A DNA stretch of 64,000 nt from Rhodospirillales bacterium (GCA_007695045.1 REEP01000082.1:34510-98509), one strand, 5' to 3'; positions 23,531 to 32,194 are shown, counted from the first letter of the stretch. Numbers and translations are program-made. The notes: generated by a model not told the origin, from the sequence alone.

Positions 23531-24526
23531 ATGGTCGATGTGCTGGGCGCGACCGGGACCCTGTGGCGGCAACTGGTCGGCGACGAGCCGGGGAAGAGCC
23601 TCATCCGGCCCAGGATCGTGGCCCTTTCGCGCGCGCCGTTCCGGTGCGGCAACGCCATTCCGGTCTGCCCCGACGTTTCGGTCGCCGACGACCCGGAGGC
23701 GGATATCGTCATCGTGCCGGAACTGTGGCTGGCGCCCGATGACGACATGAAGGGGCGGTATCCGGAGTTGATGGCGTGGCTTCGTCGGCGCCATCATGCC
23801 GGCAGCTTCCTCTATTCCGCCTGTACCGGGGCCGTCGTGCTCGCCGCGACGGGGCTGCTCAACGGCCGCGATGCCACTTCCCATTGGGCTTACGAGGAAC
23901 TGTTTCGCACCCGCTTTGCCGAGATCGCATTCCATGCCGAGCCGAACGTCTGTTTCGCCGAGCCGAGCGGCCGGATCGTGACCGCCGGCGGCACCACGTC
24001 CTGGCATGATCTCGCGATCCACATCATTGCCCGCCATTGCAGCCCTGGCGAGGCGCTGCAAACCGCCAAGATCTATCTGCTGAAGTGGCATGGTGAGGGC
24101 CAGCGGCCCTATGCCAGCCCCGTGCGCCGGCAACCGCACGCGGATTCCGTCGTCCGCCATGCCGAGGAGTGGCTGTCGCAACACTTCCGCATGCCGCACG
24201 CGGTGGCATCGCTCGTTGCGGCGTCGGGCGTGCCCGAGCGCACGCTCAAGCGACGGTTCAAGGCGGCGACGGGATCCCCGCTCATCGTCCATGTGCAGAA
24301 TTTGCGGGTGGAGGAGGCCAAGCGCCTTCTGGAGACGGGCGCCATGGCATCCGAAGACATCGCGGCCGAGGTCGGCTATGAAAACCCGGCGTTCTTCCGG
24401 CGCGTGTTCAAGCGCTGCACCGGCCTGACGCCCGGTCAGTACCGCCGGATGTTCCGACCGCTCGCCCAGGCAGAGGACACCCTTGATCCGGCGCCGGCGT
24501 TGCAACTCGGCGGTCGTCGCGCGTAG
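23531..24526 (+). CDS. GlxA-family (DJ-1/PfpI domain + AraC HTH) transcriptional regulator, apparently interrupted near the 5' end
   Basis: DJ-1-like domain with a nucleophile-elbow Cys (FLYSACTGAVVLAATGLLNGR) and a C-terminal AraC HTH (LVAASGVPERTLKRRFKAATG...IAAEVGYENPAFFRRVFKRCTGLTPGQYRR). The same frame upstream reads MQPRPAPPVEALIVALP-TAG-TAGSALYG, so the first beta strand is cut off by an amber codon at 23504-23506. Confidence 0.8.
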   Translation: MVDVLGATGTLWRQLVGDEPGKSLIRPRIVALSRAPFRCGNAIPVCPDVSVADDPEADIVIVPELWLAPDDDMKGRYPELMAWLRRRHHAGSFLYSACTGAVVLAATGLLNGRDATSHWAYEELFRTRFAEIAFHAEPNVCFAEPSGRIVTAGGTTSWHDLAIHIIARHCSPGEALQTAKIYLLKWHGEGQRPYASPVRRQPHADSVVRHAEEWLSQHFRMPHAVASLVAASGVPERTLKRRFKAATGSPLIVHVQNLRVEEAKRLLETGAMASEDIAAEVGYENPAFFRRVFKRCTGLTPGQYRRMFRPLAQAEDTLDPAPALQLGGRRA

Positions 24527-24766
24527 CGCACAGCACGTCGGTCGGCATGGCCGACGCGTAGTCCGATGGATGAGGTCGGGCGCGGCCGATGTCCTCGGCC
24601 ACGGCCGGCGCTTGTGTTCGATTCGACCGGCAAGACTGTGACGTATTTCCCACACCCGACGACAATCGGCTCAGGCCGGCCGCCGGGCCCTCGGCGCGGG
24701 CCGAAACGGCGCCCGCGGGGCCGGTCGCGGGCGTCGGTTCAGGGGCACATCCGATGCCTTTTTGAT

Positions 24767-24982
24767 GCGAAAAAGTGCGATCGGGTTTCGAAAAAAACCC
24801 GGTTTTTCAGGCCAACCCCTTGATATCAAACAAAACCAGCGGGTTTGGCGCGGGACAATGTATGCATTTGTTATCATTTGTTATCATTTTGGAGATTTTC
24901 GTGTTTTGAATCAGTGGGTTAGCATTTTCGCGCCCGGGCCGCTCCAGGCTCGCGCCAAGGCAACCCGGCATGATGGCACAGG
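24767..24982 (+). repeat. AT-rich intergenic repeat, copy B (core)
   Basis: Aligns to 12109-12323 in the same orientation. It contains an internal tandem ttgttatcat x2. Weaker similarity extends upstream to about 24596 (shared ctgtgac.t.tttcccacac and gaaacggc blocks). Confidence 0.7.
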
Positions 24983-25229
24983 TCCGCCGGGAAGGCAAGG
25001 ACTATGTTCCTGACACTCGCGCCGGAGCCGGTGCGCCGCGTATGGGGATCCTGGATTTCGCTTCGCTGCATGCGGGCTCCGCGCTACGGACAATCGGACG
25101 GGCAGGAGACCGGGCCGGCTTGGAAGAGGATGCCCATGGTGCCGATGCACCGGCAGCAGGCGATCCGGCCGGGTCATGGTCCCGGCCGGATCTTGTCCCC
25201 GTCGTTCGCGGAGGAGGCGAACGCGCGAA

Positions 25230-25886
25230 CTATGCGACCTTCGGCTCGCGCCGCCGCGCCCCGAACCCGCTCAGGGCAAGGCCGGCCAAACCGAGGCCGA
25301 GGATGCCGAGGGTGGCCGGTTCGGCCACTTCCTGACCGGGGATGATGGAGGCCGTGACCTTGATCACCAGGTCGTCATGGTTGTCGTCGTTGCCGCCGCC
25401 CGAGTCGTCGTACGCGATATAGGCCATCGTGCCCAGACGACCGGTGGCGTCGCCGTCGATCATGCTGAGGAAGAAGCCGCGCCCATTGAGTTCTGCGGTG
25501 TTGTTGCCGATCTGCGGCAACAGGTTTGGCGCCACTGTCTGGAAAAAGAAGTCGATATCGCCAGCCGCAGCCTGGATGTAAGAGAAGGGTGCCTGCGAAC
25601 CGTTCTTGTTGAAGATCGTTCCGGCACCGCCGGCGGAGAAGATGTTGGTGAACCCGGCCTCGAAGCCCACAAACTCGAAGGTCAATTGAACGTTGGCGGC
25701 CGTGGTCTGCAAGCTCATCACGCTGGTGTTGAAAAAGCCCGCAACCCCGGGGATGACATCGTTCTGCGGGGTGGGCGTGACGCCGGCGTCGCCGCCGACG
25801 ATCTGAAGGAGGTTGGCCTCCGCCGCACCCGCCAAACCCGCGATGAGAGCGAAAGCAGCGACACTGCCAAGGATCTTGTTGCGCAT
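25230..25886 (-). CDS. PEP-CTERM sorting-domain secreted protein
   Basis: Signal peptide MRNKILGSVAAFALIAGLAGAAEA. C-terminal VAEPATLGILGLGLAGLALSGFGARRRE, i.e. (P)EP + TM + Arg cluster. YDDSGGGNDDNHDDLVIKV resembles the DUF4114-type acidic motif. The gene is visibly AT-richer than its surroundings. Confidence 0.8.
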   Translation of the reverse strand: MRNKILGSVAAFALIAGLAGAAEANLLQIVGGDAGVTPTPQNDVIPGVAGFFNTSVMSLQTTAANVQLTFEFVGFEAGFTNIFSAGGAGTIFNKNGSQAPFSYIQAAAGDIDFFFQTVAPNLLPQIGNNTAELNGRGFFLSMIDGDATGRLGTMAYIAYDDSGGGNDDNHDDLVIKVTASIIPGQEVAEPATLGILGLGLAGLALSGFGARRREPKVA

Positions 25887-26342
25887 CTTCGTGGTATCCT
25901 CAAGTCTGATGATGAATGGAGCAACCTGCTGCCATAGGTTGCACGCACGTTCCGTGCCAACTTCAACTAAGATATACAAATCAACCACTTAAGAAAAACG
26001 ACCCGCAATCCAGGCGCGCAGATGTGTAAAGTTTTCTTGACACCCGCAATGCCGGGACCGCCGGTGCCCCCTCAACGGCGGATAGATTTCTATGTTAGAT
26101 CAATGGATTATGAGGCGTGATCGCGGGGCCGACAAGGTGTCAGTTTTTTTTACACCGAGTCTGAGATTCTTTACACCTTTGGGTGGATAAGGTTGGGCAT
26201 GGAGCTGGGCATGAGAGAAATCGATCGCACCCGGACGCCAAGGGCCGCGGCGGATCAGGAATCCCGCAGCACCCGCCGCGCCACAGCCCACACCGCCAGC
26301 ACCCGTTTCGCCGATGCCACGGATGCTCGGCCCGCCGATGCC

Positions 26343-27527
26343 ATGGATGCCCCGCCGCTGACGATCCTGTTCCACCACCGCATCGCCAGCCGGGACGGTC
26401 AGGCAGTCCATATGGAAGCGCTGATCCAGGCGTTGCGTGAGCAAGGCCATCGGGTGGTCGTCGCGGGACCGGAGGCGACCGCTCAATCGGCGTTCGGCGG
26501 CGAAGTCGCATCGGTGGCACGTCTCAAGCGATTGCTGCCACAGTCGGTCTATGAACTGCTTGAACTCGGCTACAGCTTGTGGGCCGTCCCGCGGCTGGTG
26601 CGTGCGTACCGTCGCGAGCGGCCGGATGCGGTGTACGAACGCTACAACCTGTTCATGCTTGCCGGCTTGTGGCTGCGCCGGTTCACCGGGACCCCGTTGT
26701 TGCTGGAGGTCAACGCGCCGATCTTCCATGAGCGCAGCGTTTACGGCGGCCTCGCCCTGAAACGCCTGGCGCGATGGTGTGAGGGGATCGTGTGGCGGGG
26801 GGCGGATCGGGTGCTGCCGGTGACGGACGCGCTGGCCCAACATGTCCGATCGGCCGGAGTCCCGGACGAGCGCATCCTGGTGATCCCCAACGGCAGTGAC
26901 ACCGCCTGGCTGGCCAGCCCGCCCGCCGGCGATCCGGTGCGCCAGCGCCTGGGACTGGACTCCCGGGTCGTCCTCGGCTTCACCGGCTTCGTTCGGTCCT
27001 GGAACCGGCTTGATCGGGTGCTGACCCTGATCGCCGAGCACGGGGAACGGTTGAACCTGCACCTGCTGCTGATCGGCGACGGGCCGGCGCGCCCGGAGCT
27101 GGAGGCGCAGGCGGAGCAATGCGGCATCCGCCACCGGTTCACGGTCACCGGCGTGGTGGCGCCGGAGCTGCTCGCGTCCCGCGTCGCCGCCTTCGATATC
27201 GCTCTGATCCCCGGCGTCACGCCCTATGCATCGCCACTGAAGCTGTTCGAATACATGGCGCTCGCCCGGCCGATCATCGCGCCGGATTCGGCCAACATCC
27301 GCGAGGTCCTGGAGCATGATGCGAACGCCTTGCTGGCAAGCCCCGAGGACGATCCGGCCTTTGCAGCGGCGATCCTGCGGCTCGCCGGCGACCCGGCATT
27401 GCGCGCCCGGCTGGGCGCCGCGGCCAGGGAGACCATCGTGCGCCGCGGCCTGACCTGGGCCGACAATGCCGAACGGGTTGCCGGCGTGGTGCGGGCCTTG
27501 GCGGACGGCGGACCCGATCGGCCATGA
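26343..27527 (+). CDS. Glycosyltransferase, GT-B fold (GT4-like)
   Basis: Has ILFHHRIASRDGQAVHMEALIQALREQGHRV... and a C-terminal E-x7-E-like region (KLFEYMALARPIIA). The start is uncertain; the ORF track begins at TTG 26193, and I prefer ATG 26343. Confidence 0.8.
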   Translation: MDAPPLTILFHHRIASRDGQAVHMEALIQALREQGHRVVVAGPEATAQSAFGGEVASVARLKRLLPQSVYELLELGYSLWAVPRLVRAYRRERPDAVYERYNLFMLAGLWLRRFTGTPLLLEVNAPIFHERSVYGGLALKRLARWCEGIVWRGADRVLPVTDALAQHVRSAGVPDERILVIPNGSDTAWLASPPAGDPVRQRLGLDSRVVLGFTGFVRSWNRLDRVLTLIAEHGERLNLHLLLIGDGPARPELEAQAEQCGIRHRFTVTGVVAPELLASRVAAFDIALIPGVTPYASPLKLFEYMALARPIIAPDSANIREVLEHDANALLASPEDDPAFAAAILRLAGDPALRARLGAAARETIVRRGLTWADNAERVAGVVRALADGGPDRP

Positions 27528-28777
27528 GGGTGCTGTTCGTCTGCCACCGGATGCCGTACCCGCCCACGGACGGGGCGCGGGTGCGCGCCTATCAAATCAT
27601 CCGCCACCTTGCCGCGAGACATGAACTGGTGGTGGCGGCGCCCGCACGCTCCCCCGCCGAGCGGCAAGCCGGCGACGCCTTGAGCCGGGAGGGGTGCACC
27701 GTCCTGACCGGGACGATCACGCGGCCCGCGGCGTGGGCCCGGATGGTCCGCAACCTCGCCACGCGCGAGCCGTCGTCCATGGGCTATTTTTACAGCCGCG
27801 AACTGGCCCGGCGCATCCGGGACGCCGCGCGGTCACGGCCGTTCGACCTCGTGTTCGTCTACTGCTCTTCGGTGGCGCCGTACGTGAGCACGCTCGCCGG
27901 CATCCCGCGGGTGATCGACTTCGTCGACATGGATTCGCAGAAGTGGCTGTCGGTGGCGGGGGCGCACCGCTGGCCCCTGTCATCGGGCTACCGCCTGGAG
28001 GGCCGGAAGCTGCAGCGGGCGGAAGCGGCGATCGCCGCGGCCTTCGATCTGTGCCTCTGCATCACGCCGGCCGAGCTGGCCACGCTGCGAAGCTATGGGC
28101 TGCCCGCATCCACCGCCACCGACTGGTTCCCTAATGGGGTCGACCTGGCGTACTTCACGCCATCCGATGCACCCTGCGATCCCGACGCCATCGGGTTCGT
28201 CGGCCGCATGGACTATTTCCCCAACCAGCAGGCCGTCCTCGCGTTCTGCGACCACGTCCTGCCGCGGATCCAGGCGGTTCGTCCGGCCGCCACCTTCACC
28301 ATCATCGGAGCGGAGCCGACGCCGGCGATCCGCGCTCTGGGCCAGCGCCCTGGGGTGACCGTCACCGGCACGGTGGCCGACGTCCGCCCGTTGTTGTCGC
28401 GGTGTGCCCTATCGGTGGCGCCGCTGGCCATCGCCCGCGGGGTTCAGAACAAGATCCTGGAATCGATGGCGATGGGCGTCCCCGTGGTCGCCTCGTCCGC
28501 GACCGCCAAGGGCGTGGAAGCCGTCGCCGGCGCGGATTTCCTGGTCGCGGACGATCCTGACGCCTTGGCCCAAGCCTGTCTGAAACTGATGTGCCATCCC
28601 GAGGAACGGGCACGCCTTGCCCGTGCCGGACGCGAGCTGGTCGAACGCACCTATCGCTGGGACGCCGCCCTCGGCCGTCTCGACACCCACCTCGCCCCGC
28701 TTCTGGCCCGCACCGGCGCCGACAGCCGCCGCGATCGGACCCTGGCCGGCAACGGGATGTCTTCCGGCAGGGACTGA
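27524..28777 (+). CDS. Glycosyltransferase, resembling the PEP-CTERM/EpsH1-associated sugar transferase family
   Basis: MRVLFVCHRMPYPPTDGARVRAYQIIRHLAARHEL is the characteristic N-terminus of that family, recalled as TIGR03087-like. It has a GT-B C-terminal domain (GVQNKILESMAMGVPVVAS). ATGA overlap with the upstream GT. Confidence 0.75.
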   Translation: MRVLFVCHRMPYPPTDGARVRAYQIIRHLAARHELVVAAPARSPAERQAGDALSREGCTVLTGTITRPAAWARMVRNLATREPSSMGYFYSRELARRIRDAARSRPFDLVFVYCSSVAPYVSTLAGIPRVIDFVDMDSQKWLSVAGAHRWPLSSGYRLEGRKLQRAEAAIAAAFDLCLCITPAELATLRSYGLPASTATDWFPNGVDLAYFTPSDAPCDPDAIGFVGRMDYFPNQQAVLAFCDHVLPRIQAVRPAATFTIIGAEPTPAIRALGQRPGVTVTGTVADVRPLLSRCALSVAPLAIARGVQNKILESMAMGVPVVASSATAKGVEAVAGADFLVADDPDALAQACLKLMCHPEERARLARAGRELVERTYRWDAALGRLDTHLAPLLARTGADSRRDRTLAGNGMSSGRD

Positions 28778-29006
28778 ACCCGGCCTCGGCGCAACCTGGA
28801 CGCAACCGGGCAAGTCGGAAAAAACCGGCCATGCACGGGGAACCGGGTGGTGCTGGTTGTGTTGTGGTGGGTGAGGCAGCTGCGGCGATTGGCATGCTGC
28901 CTGGCCGTGAGGGGGACCATCGGGGCCCTCGCGCGGCGCTAGAGGCGCATCCTCGAGAAGGGCCGGCCTACTCCTCCCTTGCCCCCCGAAGGGCTGGCCA
29001 TCTCTC

Positions 29007-29046
29007 GGAAGCGGCGTCCCCAAGGGGGCGTCGCTTCCTTTTTTTT
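29007..29046 (+). terminator. Rho-independent terminator (plus-strand orientation)
   Basis: ggaagcggcgtcccc-aa-gggggcgtcgcttcc forms a roughly 13-15 bp stem including two G-U pairs, followed by T8. It lies about 230 nt after the nearest plus-strand stop codon (28777). Confidence 0.7.
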
Positions 29047-29149
29047 CGGATTTCCTTCGAGTGGGTTGTCAGCGCCGCCGCAAGTGCGACGGAACCGAGC
29101 CGCGATGCTCGATCAACAGTGTTTGATCAGTCCGGGCTTAGTGACCGGC

Positions 29150-29437
29150 TTAGTGACCGGCGAACGGGCGCCACCCTGGGGTCGCGCCGTCAGCGCGCCG
29201 CATGCTGCAACTGGGACAACCGCGGTGAAAGGCGAGGATGATCAGCGGGATTCCCAGCAGTCCCAGCCAGCGCAGACCGCCCTCCAGCACGAACAGCATG
29301 GAAAGCACCGCGGCGGCCGGAACCAAGCGGACAATGAGGTCGGCGACGCGACCGAAGGTCCAGGATCGCCCGGTGTCCGGAGGACAGACCTTCGATTCGT
29401 TCGAGCAAACGGTGTTGTTGGCCGGGTCTTTCGTCAA
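29150..29437 (-). CDS. Small membrane protein, possibly DUF2892/YgaP-like
   Basis: 95-aa ORF (TTG start) just downstream of rpmE with two hydrophobic helices and a ...HRGCPSCSM... motif reminiscent of the DUF2892 G-x-CP box. This is a weak call. Confidence 0.4.
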   Translation of the reverse strand: MTKDPANNTVCSNESKVCPPDTGRSWTFGRVADLIVRLVPAAAVLSMLFVLEGGLRWLGLLGIPLIILAFHRGCPSCSMRRADGATPGWRPFAGH

Positions 29438-29440
29438 ACC

Positions 29441-29665
29441 TTACTCCTTCAGGCCGAAGTCCTTGAAGCGCTTCCGGAATTTGGCCAACTGGCCGCCGCT
29501 GTCCACCAGTCGATGGACGCCCGTCCAAGCCGGATGCGTCTTGATGTCGATGCCGAGCTTGAGCACATCGCCGGCGGCGCCGTAGGTCGACCGCGTCTGG
29601 TAGGTCGTGCCGTCCGTCATCTCAACCGTGATCTCGTGATAATCAGGATGTATGTTCTTTTTCAT
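29441..29665 (-). CDS. rpmE: 50S ribosomal protein L31
   Basis: [29 protein letters not shown]...HPAWTG...[11 protein letters not shown]. This is a non-Zn (no CxxC) alphaproteobacterial L31. Confidence 0.93.
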   Translation of the reverse strand: MKKNIHPDYHEITVEMTDGTTYQTRSTYGAAGDVLKLGIDIKTHPAWTGVHRLVDSGGQLAKFRKRFKDFGLKE

Positions 29666-29719
29666 CGTCCGCCGCTCCATCATCGAGTCCGTGGGATATA
29701 GGCGAGGATCCAAGCCCGA

Positions 29720-30964
29720 TCAACGCTCGCGGTCGGTCACGCTCCGGGCCATCGGCGATGCGGACGGCTGCGCCGACACGGCAGTGGGTTCGCCGCCCAC
29801 GTCGCTGCCGCGCAGCCACCGGGCCAGCACCACGACCACCAGCATCGCCGCCGCGCCCGTGAAATACGGCCAGTCCCGCCCCAGGAAATGGAACAGGGCA
29901 CCGGCCCCGATGGGCCCCAGCACCCGCGCCAACGTCACCACCGAACGGGCAACCCCCATGGCGCCGCCCCGCGCACCGGCATCCACATGCAGGGAAACCA
30001 GGCTGTTGAGCGCCGGCGAGACAAGGCTGAAGCCCCACGCCACCGCGGTCATGGCGACCAGCAAGAACGCCACGGACGACGCCAGGGGGATCAGCAGCAT
30101 ACCCACGGCCAAAACCAGGGCACCGTGACCCACCAGCCGCTCCTCCCCGAAGCGGCGGGAAAGCCGCCCCACCACCACCCCCTGAAAGGCAGCCGTGAGC
30201 AGGCCCACGTAGGCGAACAGATAACCGTTTTGCAGAGGCCCCCAGCCGAACTGCCGGCGTGACCACATCGCGAACGTCGTCTCCATGCCGGCAAAAACGA
30301 CGCTGGCCAGAAACAGAAGGCCAAGCGGCAGCAGCAGTTCGGCCCGGCTGAAGGTGTCGCGCATCTCGGCCAGGCGGCCCGCCTTCCCGAGAGCGCGCTG
30401 ACGCTCGCGGTCGGCTGTGGTCAGGGTCTCCTTCAGCAGCGCGACGGTCAGCACCAGGGCCGTGAGCGACAGGGCGGCGGCGGTCAGCGCCGGGGTCCGG
30501 TAATCCGGTGCCATCGGGTCCGCCCCGGCCAGGATGCCGCCGATGGCGGGGCCGAGGATGAAGCCGAGCCCGAATGCCGCTCCGATCATGCCCATCCCGC
30601 GGGCGCGATCCTTCGGGCCGGTCACGTCCGCCACATAGGCGAACGCCACGCCGATGTTGCCGGCCATGAAACCGGCCAGCAGCCGGGCTCCGAACACTTC
30701 GCCGAGACCGTCGGCAAAGGCCAGCCAGACATAGCCGACGGCAATCCCGGCGAGACTGACGATCAGCACCGGTTTCCGCCCGATGCGGTCGCTGAGACGT
30801 CCCCACACCGGGGCCGCGATAAGCTGGGCCAGCGAATAGCTGGCCATCAGCAGCCCCACTTGGGCGGGGGTCGCCTGGAGGTACTCGCCGTAGAACGGCA
30901 GCAACGGGATGACGATGCCGAAGCCGACCAGGTCGACGAAAACAATCAGGAACAGGGCCGGCAT
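29720..30964 (-). CDS. MFS transporter (TCR/Tet-like drug:H+ antiporter family)
   Basis: MPALFLIVFVDLVGFGIVIPLLPFY..., GRLSDRIGRKPVL (MFS motif A), 12 predicted TM helices. ATG at 30964; the ORF-track start at 31231 overlaps the upstream gene. Confidence 0.85.
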   Translation of the reverse strand: MPALFLIVFVDLVGFGIVIPLLPFYGEYLQATPAQVGLLMASYSLAQLIAAPVWGRLSDRIGRKPVLIVSLAGIAVGYVWLAFADGLGEVFGARLLAGFMAGNIGVAFAYVADVTGPKDRARGMGMIGAAFGLGFILGPAIGGILAGADPMAPDYRTPALTAAALSLTALVLTVALLKETLTTADRERQRALGKAGRLAEMRDTFSRAELLLPLGLLFLASVVFAGMETTFAMWSRRQFGWGPLQNGYLFAYVGLLTAAFQGVVVGRLSRRFGEERLVGHGALVLAVGMLLIPLASSVAFLLVAMTAVAWGFSLVSPALNSLVSLHVDAGARGGAMGVARSVVTLARVLGPIGAGALFHFLGRDWPYFTGAAAMLVVVVLARWLRGSDVGGEPTAVSAQPSASPMARSVTDRER

Positions 30965-30987
30965 CAGGCGGCGATCACTGACGGGCT

Positions 30988-32181
30988 TCAGCTCTGGGTG
31001 AGCTTGAGTTCGATCCGCCGGTTGCGGCGAAGCGCATCCGCGCTGTCCCCTTCGGTCAGCGGAACGAATTCGGCGAAGCCGGCGGCCGCCAGTCGGTGCG
31101 GCGGTATGCCTTGATCGATCATCAGACGGACGACGGAGATCGCCCGAGCGGTGGACAACTCCCAATTGGACGCATACCGGCCGGAGACGATCGGCACCTT
31201 GTCGGTATGGCCGTTGACCTGGAGCACCCAATCGAGGTCGTCGGGGATGTCTGTCGACAGATCCCGCAACGTTGCGGCCACCCGTTCCAGCTGGGCGCGC
31301 CCTTCCGGCCCGATCACCGCGGAGCCGGTATCGAACAGGATCTCCGACTGGAAGACGAACCGGTCGCCGACGATGCGAACGTCCGGGTGTTCGCCGAGCA
31401 CGGCCCTTAGCTTGCCGAAGAATTCCGACCGGTAGCGGGCCAGTTCCTGCACCCGGGTGGCGAGGGCCGCATTGAGGCGCTCGCCGAGATTGGCGATCTG
31501 CACGTTCTGGGCCAGCACCTCCGCTTCCGCGGCTTCCAGGGCGGCGTTCAGTTGGGTAATCTGATCGCGCAACGCCGCCATCTGGCGATTCAGCAGCGCC
31601 ACTTGGGCACGCGCGCTTTCGGACAGTTCGCGCTCGGCAATCAGGGCCTCGGCGGCGGAGTCAGCGCGGCGGCCCAGGTCCCGGATCTCCTGCTCCAGGT
31701 CGGCCTTGAGCGCCTGCAAGGCGGCAATATCGGCGGAGAGAGCGATCAGGCGCCGGTTCTGCGCTTCCAGTTGAGCCTGATCCGTTTCCCGACCCGCCAG
31801 CGCCGCCGTCAGCGCGCCTTCCAATCGGGCCACGTCGCTTTCCGCGCGCGCCGCCCGCTCGGAAGCGGCGCGCAAGGCGCTGCCGAGGTCGTCACGCGCA
31901 CTCAGCGAGGCCCGCAGGTCGGCCGAGATCTGAGCGAGGTTGGCACGCAGGCCGGCGCTGGCCTGGCGCTCCAGGCTGAGCAGTTCGGCCAGTTCATCCA
32001 CCTGATTGCGCAGATCCAGAAGAGCGCGATCGCGGCCTGAGAGCGATTCGGTGAGAAACACCTGGGCCAGAACAAACACCATCAGAAGGAAAATCACCAC
32101 CATCAACAATGCCGCCAGGGCATCAACAAAACCCGGCCAGATGTTGGTGGTGCGAGGCCGCCGTCGCGCGATCGCGGTCAT
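30988..32181 (-). CDS. MotB-like stator subunit with long coiled coil and C-terminal OmpA-like peptidoglycan-binding domain
   Basis: N-terminus IWPGFVDALAALLMVVIFLLMVF is a MotB/ExbD/TolR-type single TM helix with the conserved Asp. Next comes about 190 aa of heptad-rich Ala/Leu/Glu/Arg sequence. The OmpA_C-like end is ...VNGHTDKVPI...NWELSTARAISVVRLM...RRNRRIELKL. Confidence 0.8.
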   Translation of the reverse strand: MTAIARRRPRTTNIWPGFVDALAALLMVVIFLLMVFVLAQVFLTESLSGRDRALLDLRNQVDELAELLSLERQASAGLRANLAQISADLRASLSARDDLGSALRAASERAARAESDVARLEGALTAALAGRETDQAQLEAQNRRLIALSADIAALQALKADLEQEIRDLGRRADSAAEALIAERELSESARAQVALLNRQMAALRDQITQLNAALEAAEAEVLAQNVQIANLGERLNAALATRVQELARYRSEFFGKLRAVLGEHPDVRIVGDRFVFQSEILFDTGSAVIGPEGRAQLERVAATLRDLSTDIPDDLDWVLQVNGHTDKVPIVSGRYASNWELSTARAISVVRLMIDQGIPPHRLAAAGFAEFVPLTEGDSADALRRNRRIELKLTQS

Positions 32182-32194
32182 CGATCCAAACCCT

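Noticed and set aside
23516-24655. 379-aa minus-strand ORF antisense to the GlxA/AraC regulator
   Set aside because: Shadow frame. The plus strand carries a clear AraC HTH and DJ-1 domain.
26100-27317. 405-aa minus-strand ORF antisense to the first glycosyltransferase
   Set aside because: Shadow frame with Arg/Pro/Gln-rich low complexity.
29135-29158. 12-bp tandem duplication ggcttagtgacc x2 at the 3' end of the small ORF downstream of rpmE
   Set aside because: This is a trivial slippage duplication spanning the stop codon, and I could not argue any functional consequence.
28591-29241. 216-aa plus-strand ORF across the glycosyltransferase 3' region and the terminator
   Set aside because: It is Arg/Pro/Gly-rich and reads straight through a strong terminator hairpin and T-tract, so it is not coding.
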